From: an uncultured virus (IMG/VR IMGVR_UViG_3300027782_000042)
Lineage: Duplodnaviria > Heunggongvirae > Uroviricota > Caudoviricetes
Virus record (IMG/VR): IMGVR_UViG_3300027782_000042
Reading direction: 5' to 3' (one strand)
DNA: 64,000 nucleotides
Below the pieces are notes generated by a model. That model saw only the letters and a list, made by a program, of their open reading frames with translations. It did not search any database and was not told where the DNA came from. Below are positions 20,573-30,806 of this stretch, in pieces. How positions within the stretch are numbered: position 1 is the first letter of the stretch; each line of letters starts with the position of its first letter. The translations under genes and the position numbers were made by a program.

Positions 20573-21271
20573 ATGAAAAGAAAGTTTATTTATTTAATGG
20601 AGTTTTTAAAACAATTTGATTGTGATAAAATTACACAAACATACACATTTTATGACTCCGGTTATGATTGGGGATTGCAAGAATTGGGTTGTGAAAAATC
20701 TGGAGAGACAAAGTATATTGCGACCCCAAAGGCGTTATATAGTCTTTTAGAAGATATTCTAGATCACACGGTTCAAGAAATTGAAAGTGATGTATATAGG
20801 TATAATGATGATATATCAAGATTTGACCTCCATGTAGAGATATTTCCAAAGAAAGGTTTATTGGTTTATTCAAATGCCGACATACAATCATACGGAAAAG
20901 AAGAAGAATCTACAGAATATGAATTTGACGAACAAGATGAGGACGATAACATTGTAATTAAATGTCGTGAGTTTTTATCTAATTTAGGGGATCCTGATAG
21001 TGTTACAATATCTTATGATGGTTCAGGAGATAGTGGAGCCTTAGAACAAAATGGAATAACATCAGACGGTAGGAGTGTTGATATACCTTCAGACATTGAA
21101 GACATTTGTTACAGTCAATTAGAAGAGTTTTCTGGTTGGGAAATAAATGAAGGATCTAGTGGGGAAATAGTTATTACCAATGATTCATTAATAGTTGATC
21201 ATAATTGGAATAGAGAAGAATGGGATAATGTCGGTTTAGATATTGAGGTTACCGCAGATACTTTAGATTAA
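20573..21271 (+). CDS. acidic hypothetical protein
   Basis: ORF track; YDGSGDSG and GWEINEG motifs. Confidence 0.75.
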   Translation: MKRKFIYLMEFLKQFDCDKITQTYTFYDSGYDWGLQELGCEKSGETKYIATPKALYSLLEDILDHTVQEIESDVYRYNDDISRFDLHVEIFPKKGLLVYSNADIQSYGKEEESTEYEFDEQDEDDNIVIKCREFLSNLGDPDSVTISYDGSGDSGALEQNGITSDGRSVDIPSDIEDICYSQLEEFSGWEINEGSSGEIVITNDSLIVDHNWNREEWDNVGLDIEVTADTLD

Positions 21272-21374
21272 TTATCTTTAGTATTGTTAAAAAAAGAAAT
21301 CCCTATAATAATCCACCCTATTATAAGAACCGTTACAAAATCATTCATTTTAAAGTTAGTATATTTATAAGTAT

Positions 21375-21854
21375 ATGATAACAAATAAACAAGAACAAGG
21401 TTTTAAGGTGTTAAATTCTGTTGTAACAACGGAATTTCCATTTATAAAAAAGATAGTACCTCAAAGAGAAAATGTTTACCATTGGATTTATTCTTTTGAT
21501 GTTGATTTACATATAAACCTTTTGGAGTTATCAAAATATGTTGGGATTCCTTTTTCTGAAAAATTTAAAGATATGGATATTGAAAAATTAAGAGACGTTA
21601 TATTTGATTGGAACAAATGGGGATTATCTTATGTAGCACATTTTTTTGATGATATAGATGATAGTTTAGGATATAAATTTAATCGTAAAATTGAAGAATA
21701 CATGTTTAAAGTTTATAGTCAATTACCAAAAGAGTTTAGAATAAATTGTCATGAGAACCACCCAAAAAAAGACGAAGTAATGGACCTTCTTAAACACACC
21801 TTTGAAGAACCAAAAAAAGTTGGTATAGGTAATATGATATTTTATGTAGATTGA
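21375..21854 (+). CDS. hypothetical protein
   Basis: ORF track. Confidence 0.75.
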   Translation: MITNKQEQGFKVLNSVVTTEFPFIKKIVPQRENVYHWIYSFDVDLHINLLELSKYVGIPFSEKFKDMDIEKLRDVIFDWNKWGLSYVAHFFDDIDDSLGYKFNRKIEEYMFKVYSQLPKEFRINCHENHPKKDEVMDLLKHTFEEPKKVGIGNMIFYVD

Positions 21855-21875
21855 AGTATTTATATAAAAAGCCAA

Positions 21876-22613
21876 ATGAAAAGATTAATAATTTCTGAAG
21901 AAGAAAAAAAATATATTTTAAAAACCCATAATCTAAATGAGTCCTTACCCGATTTAGAGGCATTCCCAATTGATGGGGGAAGATATAATATTGGTTATGA
22001 TCAAAAATGGGATGATTGGAATAACCCTATGGGGACTGCCAATTCTGACTATTCAAGACAAGCAACTCACGCAGGTGCGGGAGGTCATTTAAACGGACAT
22101 ATTGGGGTTGATATATTTGGACCTAAAGGAACTCCAATACTTGCTCCTGTTGACGGTAAAGTTAAGTTTGGTGGTAATGGGTTAACCGTAATTATTGAAG
22201 ATCCTGAGACAGGTTTCTCACATTGGTTGGGTCACTTAGATACAAGAACAATAAAAGAAGGTGATTTTGTTTTTGCAGGACAACAAGTAGGAACATTAGG
22301 TGATTCAGGTAACGCAAAAGGCACCGCACCTCATCTACATTATAATATTTATAAAACAAGTGGTGGTTTTTACAGTGGTGAAGATCCTTTAGATGTTCTT
22401 AAAAAGGCAATTGGTAAAAAATCGGAGAAACCTACAGAACGTAAATTTGAGGATCTTGGGGATAAATTTAAAAACACATTTAAAAAAATATTTGGGACTG
22501 AGGAAAAAGACGATAAAGGTAATGTAAAAGCAGAAGACGAAGTAGATCTATGGGATAAAATGAAAATCGCAGGAAATGTTTTCTTTGATAAAATAAAAAA
22601 TATGTTCGATTAA
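21876..22613 (+). CDS. M23 family metallopeptidase with propeptide
   Basis: HIGVD, GTPILAPVDG, GHL, PHLH motifs. Confidence 0.9.
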   Translation: MKRLIISEEEKKYILKTHNLNESLPDLEAFPIDGGRYNIGYDQKWDDWNNPMGTANSDYSRQATHAGAGGHLNGHIGVDIFGPKGTPILAPVDGKVKFGGNGLTVIIEDPETGFSHWLGHLDTRTIKEGDFVFAGQQVGTLGDSGNAKGTAPHLHYNIYKTSGGFYSGEDPLDVLKKAIGKKSEKPTERKFEDLGDKFKNTFKKIFGTEEKDDKGNVKAEDEVDLWDKMKIAGNVFFDKIKNMFD

Positions 22614-22614
22614 A

Positions 22615-22905
22615 ATGAGAGAAGTTAGACTAACAGAAACAGAATTAATAAAAGCGATAAAGAAAATCATTAGTGAAAACGATGATTACGTAACGGGGGT
22701 TTCCGCATCAGAAAAAACTGAACTAATTGATGACGTTATTAACAGATTAAGTGAGTTTGGGATGCAATATAAAATAGAACTTAACAGATTAAATTCAAAA
22801 TTTAATCCAGAAAAAGTTAGAAGAATTCCAAGACCTAGATCAGTTGAGGATATAGATTTACCTAAAGGATTAAGAATCAGTAGAACCGTATTTCCAAAAG
22901 ACTAA
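22615..22905 (+). CDS. hypothetical protein, MREVRLTETEL propeptide
   Basis: ORF track. Confidence 0.75.
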   Translation: MREVRLTETELIKAIKKIISENDDYVTGVSASEKTELIDDVINRLSEFGMQYKIELNRLNSKFNPEKVRRIPRPRSVEDIDLPKGLRISRTVFPKD

Positions 22906-22907
22906 CA

Positions 22908-23609
22908 ATGAAAAAAGTTTTTAATAAAATATTGCAATCAGAAAAAAATGAGATATTGGAAATGCATAAAAAACATGGTAATTTAATATCAGAACAAGAT
23001 AGTTTTAGTCCTTACGCAACATCTATGCTTGATAACCCTGATTACACAACAACCACTACCACAGAAAAAAATACTGTTGATAATGGAGAGGTTATTCCGG
23101 TTAAAGATATATTTAAAGGTGAGAATCTACCCGAATTACCAATTAAAAAAATTGAAAGGGTTGATAGACCACCTGCAGTTATTGAAATTGCGAAGGATTT
23201 TATAGGTAAACCTTATGTGTATGGATCTCAAGGACCTAATTCATTTGACTGTAGTGGATTTATAAGATATGTCTTTTCTAAAGCAGGAGTTATAGGTGGC
23301 ATTGATGATATAAAAAAAATACCAAGAACCGCTTCAGGAATATACTCCTCACCAAACACAAATAAAATATCTTTTAATGAAATACAACCAGGAGATTTGG
23401 TATTTTTTAAAAGCGGTAGTAAAATAAGTCATATTGGGTTAATTTCAAATGTAACCGATAATGAAAAAGATGAAAAAATTTTTCACATGGTACACGCATC
23501 TTCATCATCTGGAATACAAGATACGGAAAAAACTAACTACACCAAAACAGGGGTTAATAAGAATTCCTATTGGTCCCCTAAAATAGCCGGTTACGGTAGA
23601 GTTGCTTAA
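22908..23609 (+). CDS. NlpC/P60 (C40) peptidase with propeptide
   Basis: GKPYVYG, FDCSG, PGDLVFF, SHIG, VHAS motifs. Confidence 0.9.
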   Translation: MKKVFNKILQSEKNEILEMHKKHGNLISEQDSFSPYATSMLDNPDYTTTTTTEKNTVDNGEVIPVKDIFKGENLPELPIKKIERVDRPPAVIEIAKDFIGKPYVYGSQGPNSFDCSGFIRYVFSKAGVIGGIDDIKKIPRTASGIYSSPNTNKISFNEIQPGDLVFFKSGSKISHIGLISNVTDNEKDEKIFHMVHASSSSGIQDTEKTNYTKTGVNKNSYWSPKIAGYGRVA

Positions 23610-23665
23610 CTATATGGATTGGTTATTAGATAGTATAAATCCCCAAAATTAATCGGGGATTTTAA

Positions 23666-24091
23666 TTATTTTACTTCCAATACTTCTAAATCAAAAATCA
23701 ATTTTTTACCTGCCAAAGGATGGTTACCATCCAATTTAACACTTTCTTCATTGACTTCCATCACCCTAAAGTTAATTGGTCCCATTGGTGTGTTTGCTTG
23801 TAGCATATTACCAACCATCACACCTTCAGGAACTTGTTCTTTTGGTACTTCTTGAATCATAGCTTCGTTATGTTGGCCGTAAGCCATGTCTGACTCGATT
23901 TCAACAGTTTTTTTATCACCAACTTCCATATCAATCAAACCATCCTCAAATCCTTTAATAAGTTGGCCTTGACCTAATGTTGCGGTTAATGGATCTCTAC
24001 CTTCATTCAATGAAGAATCAAAAATTGATCCGTCCTCTAATTTACCCGTGTAATTAACAGTCACGGTACTGTTACTTGTAATTTTTCCCAT
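23666..24091 (-). CDS. FKBP-type peptidyl-prolyl isomerase (SlyD/SlpA-like)
   Basis: YTGKLEDGSIFDSS, LIKGFE, AYG, DGNHPLAGK. Confidence 0.9.
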   Translation of the reverse strand: MGKITSNSTVTVNYTGKLEDGSIFDSSLNEGRDPLTATLGQGQLIKGFEDGLIDMEVGDKKTVEIESDMAYGQHNEAMIQEVPKEQVPEGVMVGNMLQANTPMGPINFRVMEVNEESVKLDGNHPLAGKKLIFDLEVLEVK

Positions 24092-24357
24092 AATTTATTT
24101 TTTTTAAAATATAAATATTTTAATTATAAATGTAAAATCAAACAAAAATAAAAATTACTAATAAAACTATTGTTACAATAATTCTTACGATATACAACCA
24201 TAAAAAAACTCCCAATAACTTATATAGTATATCCTTCTTCTTAAATTTCAACAAATCAATTAAAAATGATTTAATGTTAGGCCAATAAGATTTTATAATA
24301 TTAAACATATGATAAGTATAAGAAATTTTTTTTCACAAATCAACATATTTATTATAT

Positions 24358-24864
24358 ATGAAAACTAATATAAACGAAGAATTAAATTATATTAAATTCC
24401 TTTTTGATTATAAAAAAGGAGTTGTGGTGTCAGAACAAGAAGTTGTAACCACAAACACCACAGAATTACCCACTGATCCTGAAAAAAAAATAGAAGAACC
24501 TAAAAAAATAGAAGAACCTAAAAAAGAAGAAGACCCTAAAGAATCAATTGAGTCATTAACTAACAAAATATGTGATCAAAATAATAACAAATGTAAACCT
24601 TGTGGTGAAATGTTAAAATTACTTGCGGTAGGAAATTTAAAAGAAAATATAATTGAAAAGTGTTTAGATTGTAAGGGTAAAAAGGGATCTGATTATTTAA
24701 AATGTGATAGTATTAAAGGACAATTATTGGCAATGTCAGGTAAATTAAATACTGAGAAAAATTCGGTTCATGGTCAAGCTTCAATTTGGGTAATGTTAGG
24801 TAGTAGTTTACTTTCATTAGGAACTCAAATTAAATCACTGTTTAATAAAGAACCTAGATATTAA
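24358..24864 (+). CDS. hypothetical protein with propeptide, Cys-rich core and C-terminal hydrophobic segment
   Basis: ORF track. Confidence 0.75.
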   Translation: MKTNINEELNYIKFLFDYKKGVVVSEQEVVTTNTTELPTDPEKKIEEPKKIEEPKKEEDPKESIESLTNKICDQNNNKCKPCGEMLKLLAVGNLKENIIEKCLDCKGKKGSDYLKCDSIKGQLLAMSGKLNTEKNSVHGQASIWVMLGSSLLSLGTQIKSLFNKEPRY

Positions 24865-24875
24865 ATTTAAACGTA

Positions 24876-25091
24876 ATGTTTAAATTTTTAAAATATCTTT
24901 TAATGACCATAATGGATAAATATGGTTCATTTATGTGGTTTGGTACTCACATATCTATGACACAAACAGATTGGCACTGGATACTTGAAACTTTTTTATG
25001 TGTTTTAGTTAATTTTTTAGTTATATTTTCCGTATATTTGCAATACAAAGAAAAGGAAAATGAAAAATTACGAAAAACTGACAATACCTGA
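24876..25091 (+). CDS. small membrane protein
   Basis: ORF track; hydrophobic stretch. Confidence 0.65.
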   Translation: MFKFLKYLLMTIMDKYGSFMWFGTHISMTQTDWHWILETFLCVLVNFLVIFSVYLQYKEKENEKLRKTDNT

Positions 25092-25650
25092 AGATTCCGC
25101 TTGGAATAGAAAAACAATATCCGCTCGTATTTGGAGAAATCTACATTGGAGAATAAGATACTTTATTGGTGGATGTAAAAATATCATAAGGTGGATACCA
25201 ACTTTATATAAAGATAAGGATTGGGACGATTGGTATATCTATACAATATTACAAAAGAAAATTGAGTTTCAAAGAAAGGAGATAATCTACGCAAATCGTC
25301 ATATGCAAGTTGATCGTGATAATCGTGATATGACTATAACCCTTAATTTAATTGAAAGAGTTAAAGAAGATTATTATGGTATTGAATATCTTGATTACTC
25401 TGAAACTAAATTTAGATTTGAACCGATTGAGGGAGATAGAGAACTCTACTCAATGGAACAAGATGTTATTTCAGAAAAATATGATGAATATATAAAAAAA
25501 TACTCTTCAAGTGTTCGTAAAGTATTGAAAGAAAAACCTGATTTAGATAAAAAAGATTTGTGTTTTTATGTTGCAAAACATAATGAAGAAAAGGCTCACG
25601 ACCTTTTACATAGAGTATTAAAAGAAAGAATGAGAAGATGGTGGGATTAA
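25060..25650 (+). CDS. hypothetical protein
   Basis: ORF track; DKDWD and C-terminal WWD. Confidence 0.8.
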   Translation: MKNYEKLTIPEDSAWNRKTISARIWRNLHWRIRYFIGGCKNIIRWIPTLYKDKDWDDWYIYTILQKKIEFQRKEIIYANRHMQVDRDNRDMTITLNLIERVKEDYYGIEYLDYSETKFRFEPIEGDRELYSMEQDVISEKYDEYIKKYSSSVRKVLKEKPDLDKKDLCFYVAKHNEEKAHDLLHRVLKERMRRWWD

Positions 25651-25832
25651 AAGTATATAAAGTAAAAGATAAAGAAAATTACGAAAATTTAAGAATTGGG
25701 TTAAGTGGGTGGTGTTTTTTTAGGTATGAAAATGATAATTACTATCTAAAGGCACCACTTAATAAAACAATTAAAGATTTAATTGATGCTGGGGTTATTC
25801 AGATACAAGATCAAACGAAGATTGAACAATAA
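25638..25832 (+). CDS. hypothetical protein
   Basis: ORF track. Confidence 0.6.
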   Translation: MVGLKVYKVKDKENYENLRIGLSGWCFFRYENDNYYLKAPLNKTIKDLIDAGVIQIQDQTKIEQ

Positions 25833-26076
25833 TTTCTTTTTTATGACCAACCACACTCCAAGCTAATTTAATAAATGAAATTAAACTTGTTGGATATAAA
25901 ACCTCAAAGTCCTCCAAACTGTTAACATATAAAGTTGTGTTTATTAAATAACAATCCTTACTCCTAACGTGAGTTAAATTGTTAATTACTATACAACTAT
26001 TTTTACCAAATATATTTTGTATTTGACCTTTAAGTTGGGTGTCTAAAAAAAGTTGTAACATTCTTTTTCTTTTCAT
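25795..26076 (-). CDS. hypothetical protein
   Basis: ORF track. Confidence 0.6.
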   Translation of the reverse strand: MKRKRMLQLFLDTQLKGQIQNIFGKNSCIVINNLTHVRSKDCYLINTTLYVNSLEDFEVLYPTSLISFIKLAWSVVGHKKEIIVQSSFDLVSE

Positions 26077-26155
26077 ATATTATATGGTAATCATTAAATG
26101 CTCATTTGACAAGGTTTTCAATTGAATTATTTATTAATATTACTATTTATTTTAT

Positions 26156-28618
26156 ATGAAACTTATTTTAACAACATTACTAATTTTAATTACAGTACTT
26201 GGACACGGTCAGTATTGTCCATACTTAGGCCCCGATCAATTATTACCTTGTGGTATTAACTCAACCACTTTAACAGCGGATTTAAGTCAGTGTGGACCTG
26301 GTGGACCAAATCCAAACCAAACAACAAACTATGGTGTAACAAATATACCTTATGTTGCTCAAACAAATACGGGAACAAGTTTGTTTATGTCTGACGACTC
26401 ACAACAAGGACCATTTAATATTGGGTTTAATTTTTGTTTCTTTGGTCAAACATATACACAATTTTATATTGGGTCTAATGGTTGGATTTCATTTAGTGGA
26501 GGACAACCCGTAACGTTTACATCACAACCTATTCCAACAGGAAACGCATTAGTACCTAAGAATTGTATTATGGGACCGTGGCAAGATTGGCATCCAGGTA
26601 TTGGTGGTCAAATAAAATATCAAGTTCAGGGTGTTGCTCCGTGTAGAAAATTAGTTGTTAGTTGGACAAATATGCCAATGTTTTCTTGTACCTCTAACTT
26701 TGGTACATTTCATATTGTAATTTACGAATCAACAAATTATATTGAAAACCACATTCAAAATAAACCGGCTTGTTTACAATGGCAAAGTGGAACCGCAACT
26801 CAAGGAATTCATAATTTATTGGGTACTATTGGTATTACATCACCAGGAAGAAATTCAACTGCTTGGACTACGGTAAATAACTCATATAGATGGACTCCTT
26901 CAGGTCCTACAGTAACACCAACTTTAACTTGGTATCAAGTAGGTAACCCAAATCCAATTGGAACTGGACCAACAATTACCGTTACACCACCACCCGCAGG
27001 TGCAAATTACACCTGTCAATTTGTTTATCCAACCTGTAATGCGGGATGGTCTACTTGTAATGTAGGTATTGGTAATTTAGGTCCTGATACTGTGTTTGTT
27101 CAACATGGTCCACCACAATTACCACCACCAAATTTAGTTTTACAAGATCCACACTGTAATAATGGGTGTGATGGATCAATTATAGTAACCCCTAATGGTG
27201 GAACAGGAGTAACAACTATCTCTTGGAACGGTGGATCAACAAACTTAACCCTAAACAACTTATGTAGTGGTAACTATTTGTTTAATTTAGTTGATGCTGC
27301 AGGTTGCACTTACAGTGGATCAGCAACTTTACTTAATCCTCCACCATTACAATCACCACAATTTGCAAATACTAACCCAACTTGTTTTGGTTATTGTGAT
27401 GGAACATCAACTGTGAACCCAATTGATGGTGTATCACCTTATACATTCCTTTGGGGTAACAGTCAAACCACTCAAACGGTAACAAATCTATGTTCAGGTC
27501 AACAAACTGTAACGGTTTATGACCAATATAACTGTCCTGCACAAGGAACAACCACTTTAGTTGATCCTCCGATGGTTACAGTTAACCAAATCACAGGTTT
27601 AGATACGGTTTGTTATAACTCTACAGTTAATCCTTATGGTGTTACAAGTGTTTTTCCTAACTTAGGGTATGTTTGGTCCAACACAATAGGTAATATTACC
27701 ACAGGACAAGGGACAGACCAAATAAATTTAGATGTTACTGGCGTAAATGGGGGTAATTATTCTAACTCACTATCAGTTATTGGTGTAAATCAACTTGGAT
27801 GTCAGTCATTACCTGAAACTTTTAACCTTGTTGTGTTAAATATTCTTCCGTCGATCACTCAAGTTGGTCCATTTTGTGAATACGACAACTGTATTAACCT
27901 AAATGGAACCCCACAAGGTGGGATTTTTAATGGATTAAACGTTTGGAATGGTCAATATTGTCCAAATAACGGATTTATTGGTCTTGATGTTGTGAATTAT
28001 GACTATTTTCAGTCAGGATGTTTGTTTAACACATCAATAAATGTGCAAATATACCCAAGACCACTCATTTCTCCTGTTGTAAACGGTGTTGTTTTTGAAA
28101 ATACTGAGTATCATGAGATATGTGAGGGGGATACAATTACCGATATGTTTGATGTAGTGTCTCCAAATGGTGGATATAACGAGTGGTACTCGTTTGGGGA
28201 CACAACAATTAGTCAAACCTTAAATATTACTTGGGATCAAGATGGAATATTCCAATTTCAAGTAGTTAGATGGGACAATGGATGTGTTTCTAACCCCGAA
28301 ACCTTCATTATAACCTTAGAATTGTGTCCAAATGAGATATTTTACATCCCAAACACGTTTACACCTAATGGTGATGAGTATAATACCCTTTGGGGACCCG
28401 TTTTTACCTCTGGATATGACAAATATGGGTTTGAATTGTTAGTTTTTAACCGTTGGGGTAACATTATTTGGGAATCTAAGGACCCTGAAGGTAAATGGGA
28501 CGGGACTTATGGTAATAAACCATGTCCTGACGGTGTTTATCCTTGGAAAATAGTGTTTAGTGTTGGAAATACTGATGAAAAGAAGGAAATACACGGATTT
28601 ATAACATTAATTAGGTAA
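26156..28618 (+). CDS. T9SS type-B sorting domain (gliding-motility CTD) protein with SprB-like repeats
   Basis: signal peptide; C..CDG..V....G..PY...W repeats; C-terminal YIPNTFTPNGD..N, VFNRWG, WDG..DGVY, GFITLIR. Confidence 0.9.
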   Translation: MKLILTTLLILITVLGHGQYCPYLGPDQLLPCGINSTTLTADLSQCGPGGPNPNQTTNYGVTNIPYVAQTNTGTSLFMSDDSQQGPFNIGFNFCFFGQTYTQFYIGSNGWISFSGGQPVTFTSQPIPTGNALVPKNCIMGPWQDWHPGIGGQIKYQVQGVAPCRKLVVSWTNMPMFSCTSNFGTFHIVIYESTNYIENHIQNKPACLQWQSGTATQGIHNLLGTIGITSPGRNSTAWTTVNNSYRWTPSGPTVTPTLTWYQVGNPNPIGTGPTITVTPPPAGANYTCQFVYPTCNAGWSTCNVGIGNLGPDTVFVQHGPPQLPPPNLVLQDPHCNNGCDGSIIVTPNGGTGVTTISWNGGSTNLTLNNLCSGNYLFNLVDAAGCTYSGSATLLNPPPLQSPQFANTNPTCFGYCDGTSTVNPIDGVSPYTFLWGNSQTTQTVTNLCSGQQTVTVYDQYNCPAQGTTTLVDPPMVTVNQITGLDTVCYNSTVNPYGVTSVFPNLGYVWSNTIGNITTGQGTDQINLDVTGVNGGNYSNSLSVIGVNQLGCQSLPETFNLVVLNILPSITQVGPFCEYDNCINLNGTPQGGIFNGLNVWNGQYCPNNGFIGLDVVNYDYFQSGCLFNTSINVQIYPRPLISPVVNGVVFENTEYHEICEGDTITDMFDVVSPNGGYNEWYSFGDTTISQTLNITWDQDGIFQFQVVRWDNGCVSNPETFIITLELCPNEIFYIPNTFTPNGDEYNTLWGPVFTSGYDKYGFELLVFNRWGNIIWESKDPEGKWDGTYGNKPCPDGVYPWKIVFSVGNTDEKKEIHGFITLIR

Positions 28619-28673
28619 AAATTTGACTTTTTAAGTAAAATTTACTAAGTTTTTGGTATAAAAATTAAAAAAT

Positions 28674-28904
28674 ATGTTGTTAACGGTAGTTTTAATCATT
28701 TTCACGGTAGTTTTAGTAGCAATTGCTATCGGAATGGTGTTTTGGTGGAGAAAATTTGGTAAATCTTTCTTTGAAATGTCTAAAAACCTAACAAAAGTGA
28801 ACCAAGATATGTTAAAAAACCCAAAAATGGGTAATTTTGGTAACTTTTCTAAGGATTTTGACCAACAATTAAAGGTAATTCAGGACTTTTTAAAGAAAAA
28901 GTAA
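28674..28904 (+). CDS. small membrane protein
   Basis: N-terminal TM helix. Confidence 0.7.
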   Translation: MLLTVVLIIFTVVLVAIAIGMVFWWRKFGKSFFEMSKNLTKVNQDMLKNPKMGNFGNFSKDFDQQLKVIQDFLKKK

Positions 28905-28973
28905 CATTTTTACCAAAAAAAATCAAAAATTTACATAAAAACCCTTCTTTTTTTACAATAAATAGGAGGGTTT

Positions 28974-29141
28974 TTAAGGTAAAATACCTAATTTTACCTT
29001 TTTTTGACGTATTTCAACCTCATATGGGCCTGTATTTGACCTATAATTATCGTATTTCCATATCATAGTACAGTCGTCGTGTTCTATGATCCTTTCGTAT
29101 TTTTTACGTTCAGGGACTTTTTTAATCTTTTTATCGTTCAT
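28974..29141 (-). CDS. hypothetical protein
   Basis: start adjusted to MNDKKIKK after TATATTTG element. Confidence 0.6.
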   Translation of the reverse strand: MNDKKIKKVPERKKYERIIEHDDCTMIWKYDNYRSNTGPYEVEIRQKKVKLGILP

Positions 29142-29406
29142 ATTATACAAATATAAGGGTTTTTTACTAAAATACCTAATTTTTCTTGTATAGTGAATTA
29201 TACCACTCAAGATATTCCTTCCTATCTTTTATAATTCTGTTAAAAAAAATAGAATAAACAGATATTGTAAAAATTAACACATAAATCATAACAATAATAA
29301 GTATTTTTTATGGGGTAAAGTAGGTCATACAAAAGTTAAGTTTACGTTAAATAAAAAACCCCACTTTTTAAAGTAGGGTTAGTGAAAATAATAAAATAAA
29401 TAATAA

Positions 29407-29670
29407 TCACTCTACAGGAGTTTCTTCGTTTTCAGATCCATGTTTTTTATTGATAAATTTATCGACAGATCCAATAGCAAAAGACCCTAACACAATGATA
29501 AGGAATGAATTGAAAATAAACTCATTAACCACTAACGGAGATCCCATAAAACCTGTAACAATATCCGCACCGGCAAATAAACACATCATAATAAACGCAA
29601 TAAACCCTACTACGGATTTTTCGTTTATTGAGTTGTTGTCACAGAACAGTTGTTTAAAAAAATTTTTCAT
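29407..29670 (-). CDS. two-TM membrane protein (holin-like topology)
   Basis: two hydrophobic helices, charged C-terminus. Confidence 0.7.
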   Translation of the reverse strand: MKNFFKQLFCDNNSINEKSVVGFIAFIMMCLFAGADIVTGFMGSPLVVNEFIFNSFLIIVLGSFAIGSVDKFINKKHGSENEETPVE

Positions 29671-29829
29671 AATTATTTGTTTTAATTATAAATATTAATT
29701 TTTTTAGGTAAAACCATTTACTTTATAATTTTTTACATTATGAATGAAAATTATGGTCAAATAAAAAGGGACAGTAGCGAATTGTCCCTTTATTTGTTAC
29801 CGTTAACGGTAACGATCCTAAGCAAAACC

Positions 29830-30360
29830 TTATTGTCCTTTAACTAAGTTTACACATTGTTTTAAATATTCTTTAGCCCTTGGGGATGGGGTGTATTCGT
29901 CTTCCCTTGTCTGTAAATTTAACACCCTCTCAATATCCTTAACAAGTTCAGTACCGTGTTCATTTTCTTTATATAACTCAATAATTTTATCCATAGATTT
30001 ATGACAATCACCTGTTGTTTCATCATAATAGTTTTTATTTCTAAACTTATTTAAATGGTTCATCATTTCATAAGCTAAATGGGATCCACCGTCTTTAATG
30101 TCCTTAAATAATCTAATGTTATTTAATATACCTAAAGTATCTACCATAGAATTAACTCCTGATTGTCTTTTTGTGATTCCTGAAGAATATTTACCAAACT
30201 CCTCTGATCTACCAACAATTTCATCTAATGGAATTACATTTTCACGAACACATCTTGGTTTAACTTGTTCCTTCTTTCTTTTGGTTTCTGAATCCTCTTC
30301 ACTTAATATTCTATTGGCGATTCTTCTAATATCTGATTCTGAAATTTTACGCATTCTCAT
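29830..30360 (-). CDS. hypothetical protein with RKISESDIRRI..ILSE propeptide
   Basis: ORF track. Confidence 0.75.
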   Translation of the reverse strand: MRMRKISESDIRRIANRILSEEDSETKRKKEQVKPRCVRENVIPLDEIVGRSEEFGKYSSGITKRQSGVNSMVDTLGILNNIRLFKDIKDGGSHLAYEMMNHLNKFRNKNYYDETTGDCHKSMDKIIELYKENEHGTELVKDIERVLNLQTREDEYTPSPRAKEYLKQCVNLVKGQ

Positions 30361-30431
30361 ATTATCATTTTTTACATAAATATATCGAAATTACTGAATT
30401 TACAAATATTTATATTAATAAATTATTTAAC

Positions 30432-30806
30432 ATGATAAATGAATCAACAATAAAACTATTACTGAATAAAATATTAAGGGAGGAATTTTTTAATATTTTA
30501 TATGAAGACTATTATGGTTCTGTCGAAAATATTGATTTTATTAATGAGTCAGAATATCAAGGAAGAAAAGTACAGTTAGGTAAAATAATGCAAGGAGACA
30601 TAAAAAAATTCAAAGTTTATGTCAAAAACGATAAAGGTAAAGTTGTTAAAGTTAATTTTGGTTTTGGTGGTAAGTCTGCTCACGGTAAAAGAATGGTTAT
30701 AAAAAAGAATAACCCCGAAAGAAGAAGATCATTCAGGGCTAGACATAATTGTGACAATCCAGGACCAAGATGGAAACCAAGATATTGGGCGTGTAGATCT
30801 TGGTAA
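30432..30806 (+). CDS. conserved basic phage protein with propeptide
   Basis: KFKVYV..VNFG..RRRSFRARHNC..RYWAC. Confidence 0.75.
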   Translation: MINESTIKLLLNKILREEFFNILYEDYYGSVENIDFINESEYQGRKVQLGKIMQGDIKKFKVYVKNDKGKVVKVNFGFGGKSAHGKRMVIKKNNPERRRSFRARHNCDNPGPRWKPRYWACRSW

